Positions 54,583-64,000 of a stretch of 64,000 nucleotides of DNA are shown here, piece by piece. The stretch is taken from NCBI GenBank assembly GCA_000004695.1, contig CM000152.2, positions 1,632,001 through 1,696,000 of the forward strand. Direction: 5' to 3'. Below the pieces are notes generated by a model. It saw only the letters and a list, made by a program, of their open reading frames with translations, did no database searches and was not told the DNA's origin. Within the stretch, counting starts at the first letter, position 1. The number at the start of each line of letters is the position of its first letter. This stretch comes from Dictyostelium discoideum. Taxonomy: Eukaryota. A program made the translations under genes and the position numbers.

Positions 54583-56169
54583 TTAAAAAATAAATTGAAA
54601 AATTAAAGATAATGTAAAAATTATTAAAATTGAAAATTGTGGTGATAATTTTAAAGAATTTGAATCTTGATCACTTGATGAGTCTGAATTATTTTTTGGT
54701 GGTGGTAATGGGAATTCTAAAATTGATAAATCATGAGAAACTGGTAAATAAAATGAACCATCTTTATTGTATGAGATTACTTGATATGCGGATGCAGTTG
54801 ATGGAGATTGGTTTACATTGATTGGGGTGTAGAGATAACCAACGTTTTCTTTATTTCCACCATTTGGAATTGCACCAAATAGTGTGACTGTGGAGACATT
54901 TGTGTATGGGTCGTTTGGACCACCATTGGCGGGTGATAAATAGTTCTTGTAGAATACAATGAGGAAGGTATTGGTAGTTGGTTTTTTAAATAATAGTATA
55001 ACCATACCAGGTTGAACACCAGTCGTACTAATAGCATTTAATTCAGTTGGTGGGACTAGTTGAGTACCAATAATTTGGAATAGTCTTTCTAATACACGAT
55101 AAACTAATTTCTTACCCAATTGTAAATTTACAATACCAAATAAACGATCAGATGCTGTTGTGATATTACTATTTGTATCTAAATCACTGATTGTGTAAAG
55201 GAAGGATTTGTCAACACCATTTACAGTATCCAAGAGTAAACGCTTGATGGTGTTATTGGCTTGTTGTACCTCACCACCTAATGAAGCATCAGATGACCAA
55301 CCCCACTCACTTGAGAAAACTAGGGAGGAGGAGGTTGGAGATGATTTTAATTTATTGACAAGATTATTTGAGAGTATGTAATTACTATTGTCACTGGAGA
55401 TATCTGATAAATCATTACCTTCTGGGTAAGTGGTGTAAGGTTGGAATGATGATGTTGAGATTGTGGTGAGAATGTTTGGACCTGCACCATCCTCACTTAG
55501 TAAATCTGTAATGAAATTTGCATTTGAGCCAGGTGCTGTCGATTCACCATAATTTAGTACAGAACCAATTGATAATTTATTTTGTAAACCCTCTGATTTG
55601 AATACTGTTAAAACTTCTTGATATAAATCTAAATAATTTTGAGGATCATATGATTGTGCACCTGTTGGAATATCATTCATTTTATCCCAAACTTGCCAAT
55701 ACTTTACAAATGTATAATTCTTTGCTAAATTTAGTAAAGTTTGAGCAAATTGAGTTTGTTGTTCAATTGTTGATGGTACCGTTGAAGGATCTAATGGTGT
55801 TGGTGTTGGTGTAGGTCCAACTGTATTAAACCATGATGGTACACCAGTGAAATATACAATGGTATTCAATCCTGAGGCATTCAATTGTCTCATTGGTGGA
55901 TCGAATCGGTTCAAATTGAATACTCCTTCTGTACTCTCGAATTGGTCAAATGGAATTCCAATTCTAACCCATCCAATTGGTAATTGTTTAATATATGTCA
56001 ATTGTTGTGATACAATGTCACTTGAAAATAATGAAAATTCACCACCAATTCCTAAAAAATCTGAAAAATTAATGGTTTTATTAATTGATCTTATTAATAA
56101 AGTTTGATCACATTTTATTATATTTAAAAATATTGACAAAATTAATAATGTAAATAAAAATTTATTCAT
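54583..56169 (-). CDS. Secreted, probably GPI-anchored protein (528 aa), possible glycoside-hydrolase-like fold; hypothetical
   Basis: Signal peptide MNKFLFTLLILSIFLNIIKC, many N-glycosylation sites, a PTPTPTP linker, and a C-terminal hydrophobic tail ILIIFTLSLIFQFIF. An SEWGW motif suggests a TIM-barrel glycosidase, but no family was identified with confidence. Confidence 0.5.
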   Translation of the reverse strand: MNKFLFTLLILSIFLNIIKCDQTLLIRSINKTINFSDFLGIGGEFSLFSSDIVSQQLTYIKQLPIGWVRIGIPFDQFESTEGVFNLNRFDPPMRQLNASGLNTIVYFTGVPSWFNTVGPTPTPTPLDPSTVPSTIEQQTQFAQTLLNLAKNYTFVKYWQVWDKMNDIPTGAQSYDPQNYLDLYQEVLTVFKSEGLQNKLSIGSVLNYGESTAPGSNANFITDLLSEDGAGPNILTTISTSSFQPYTTYPEGNDLSDISSDNSNYILSNNLVNKLKSSPTSSSLVFSSEWGWSSDASLGGEVQQANNTIKRLLLDTVNGVDKSFLYTISDLDTNSNITTASDRLFGIVNLQLGKKLVYRVLERLFQIIGTQLVPPTELNAISTTGVQPGMVILLFKKPTTNTFLIVFYKNYLSPANGGPNDPYTNVSTVTLFGAIPNGGNKENVGYLYTPINVNQSPSTASAYQVISYNKDGSFYLPVSHDLSILEFPLPPPKNNSDSSSDQDSNSLKLSPQFSILIIFTLSLIFQFIF

Positions 56170-57105
56170 TTCTTTTTTTTTTTTTTTCTTCTTTTCTTTT
56201 TTTTTTTATGAACTTAAAAATAAAATTAATGTTAAAATATTTTTTAAAAAAGAAAAAAAAAAAAAAAAAAAAATTAAACAAAACTGTTAAAAATATCAAA
56301 ATAATAAAAAAAACTCGAAAAAAAAAAAACAAAAAAAAAAAAAAAAAAAAAAAATTAAACAAAACTAAATATCTTTTTGATACGTGTTTTTTAAAAAAAT
56401 CTAAAAAAAAAAAAATTGTACCAAGGGGCAAGAAAATAAATTTTTTTTTTTTAAGAAAAGAATAATTTTATTTTTTTATTTATTTAAATTTTTAAGATAT
56501 TATTGTTTTTTTAATATATCTTATTTTTTTTTTTTTTTTTTCAAGATTTTCAACATAAAATAAATAAAAAAAATAATTAATTAAATTTTTTTTCTTTATT
56601 AAAACTTGAGAAAAAAAAATAATTATTATTTTTTTATAATAATAACCTACCATCCTCTGCAAAGCTTGGGAATTATAAAGGAATAAATAATTATTTTATG
56701 ACTGTGATTACTTATCAAAAAAATCTTTTTTTTTTTTTTTTTTTTTTTTTTTCTTTTTTTTGAAAAGTCATATTTTCGCTTTTTATTTTATTTTTTTTAT
56801 TTTTTTTTTTAATTTTTTTTTTTACTTTTATTTTTTCTTTTTTTTTATTTTTAATTTTTTTTTTACTTTTATTTTTTGTTTTAATTTTTAATTTTTTAAT
56901 TTTTTTTATTAAAAAGTAATATTTGTTTTTTTATTTTTTTATTTATTACAATCAATCACACATTAAATTTTTTTTTTTTTTTTGTATTTTTAATTTCTCA
57001 TATAAATATAAATAACTTATGTGTATATAGTATATTGTAGACATTATTATTATTTTTTTTTTCTTATATTTGTAATTTTATATATTTGTTCAAATAATCC
57101 TAATA

Positions 57106-64000
<6,895 letters not shown>

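Overview
This window looks like Dictyostelium discoideum nuclear DNA: about 75-80% AT, (AAT)n/(CAA)n codon-repeat tracts, short AT-rich GTAAGT...AG introns, and A-rich sequence before start codons. It is not prokaryotic, and I see no CRISPR array or prokaryote-type defence system.

Genes recognised by homology recalled from memory (no database search was possible):
- DEPDC5/Iml1 (GATOR1) N-terminus, truncated at the window edge.
- A HELQ/Hel308-type helicase.
- eIF3 subunit C, two exons.
- A TRIP13/PCH2 AAA-ATPase, three exons, with an apparent frameshift.
- Methionyl-tRNA synthetase, two exons.
- A MYND zinc-finger protein, three exons.
- A CENP-V/GFA-domain protein, two exons.
- A syntaxin (Qa-SNARE).
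- MTHFR.
- An ankyrin-repeat protein.
- AP-1/2 beta-adaptin, three exons.
- The 5' part of PIKfyve/Fab1 (FYVE finger plus chaperonin-like domain), running off the window end.

Other coding features are several secreted or GPI-anchored proteins, two tandem small tail-anchored paralogs, and a convergent pair of tiny two-exon paralogs with 10-13 nt first exons.

The accessory centre of the window is a tRNA-Cys(GCA) gene on the minus strand. Immediately downstream of it sit two tandem, same-orientation non-LTR retrotransposons of the TRE3 type (APE endonuclease, reverse transcriptase, C-terminal zinc knuckle), about 10.5 kb in total. Both copies are damaged.

Observations worth re-checking:
- A 1-nt frameshift in the conserved C-terminus of TRIP13.
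- An in-frame TAA between the FYVE exon and the next same-frame ORF of PIKfyve.
- An exon junction I could not resolve across a T42 homopolymer in a beta-helix membrane-protein gene.
- A GC-richer ORF with atypical codon usage next to the TRE cluster.
- A small GC-rich CUUCGG hairpin island in a divergent promoter.
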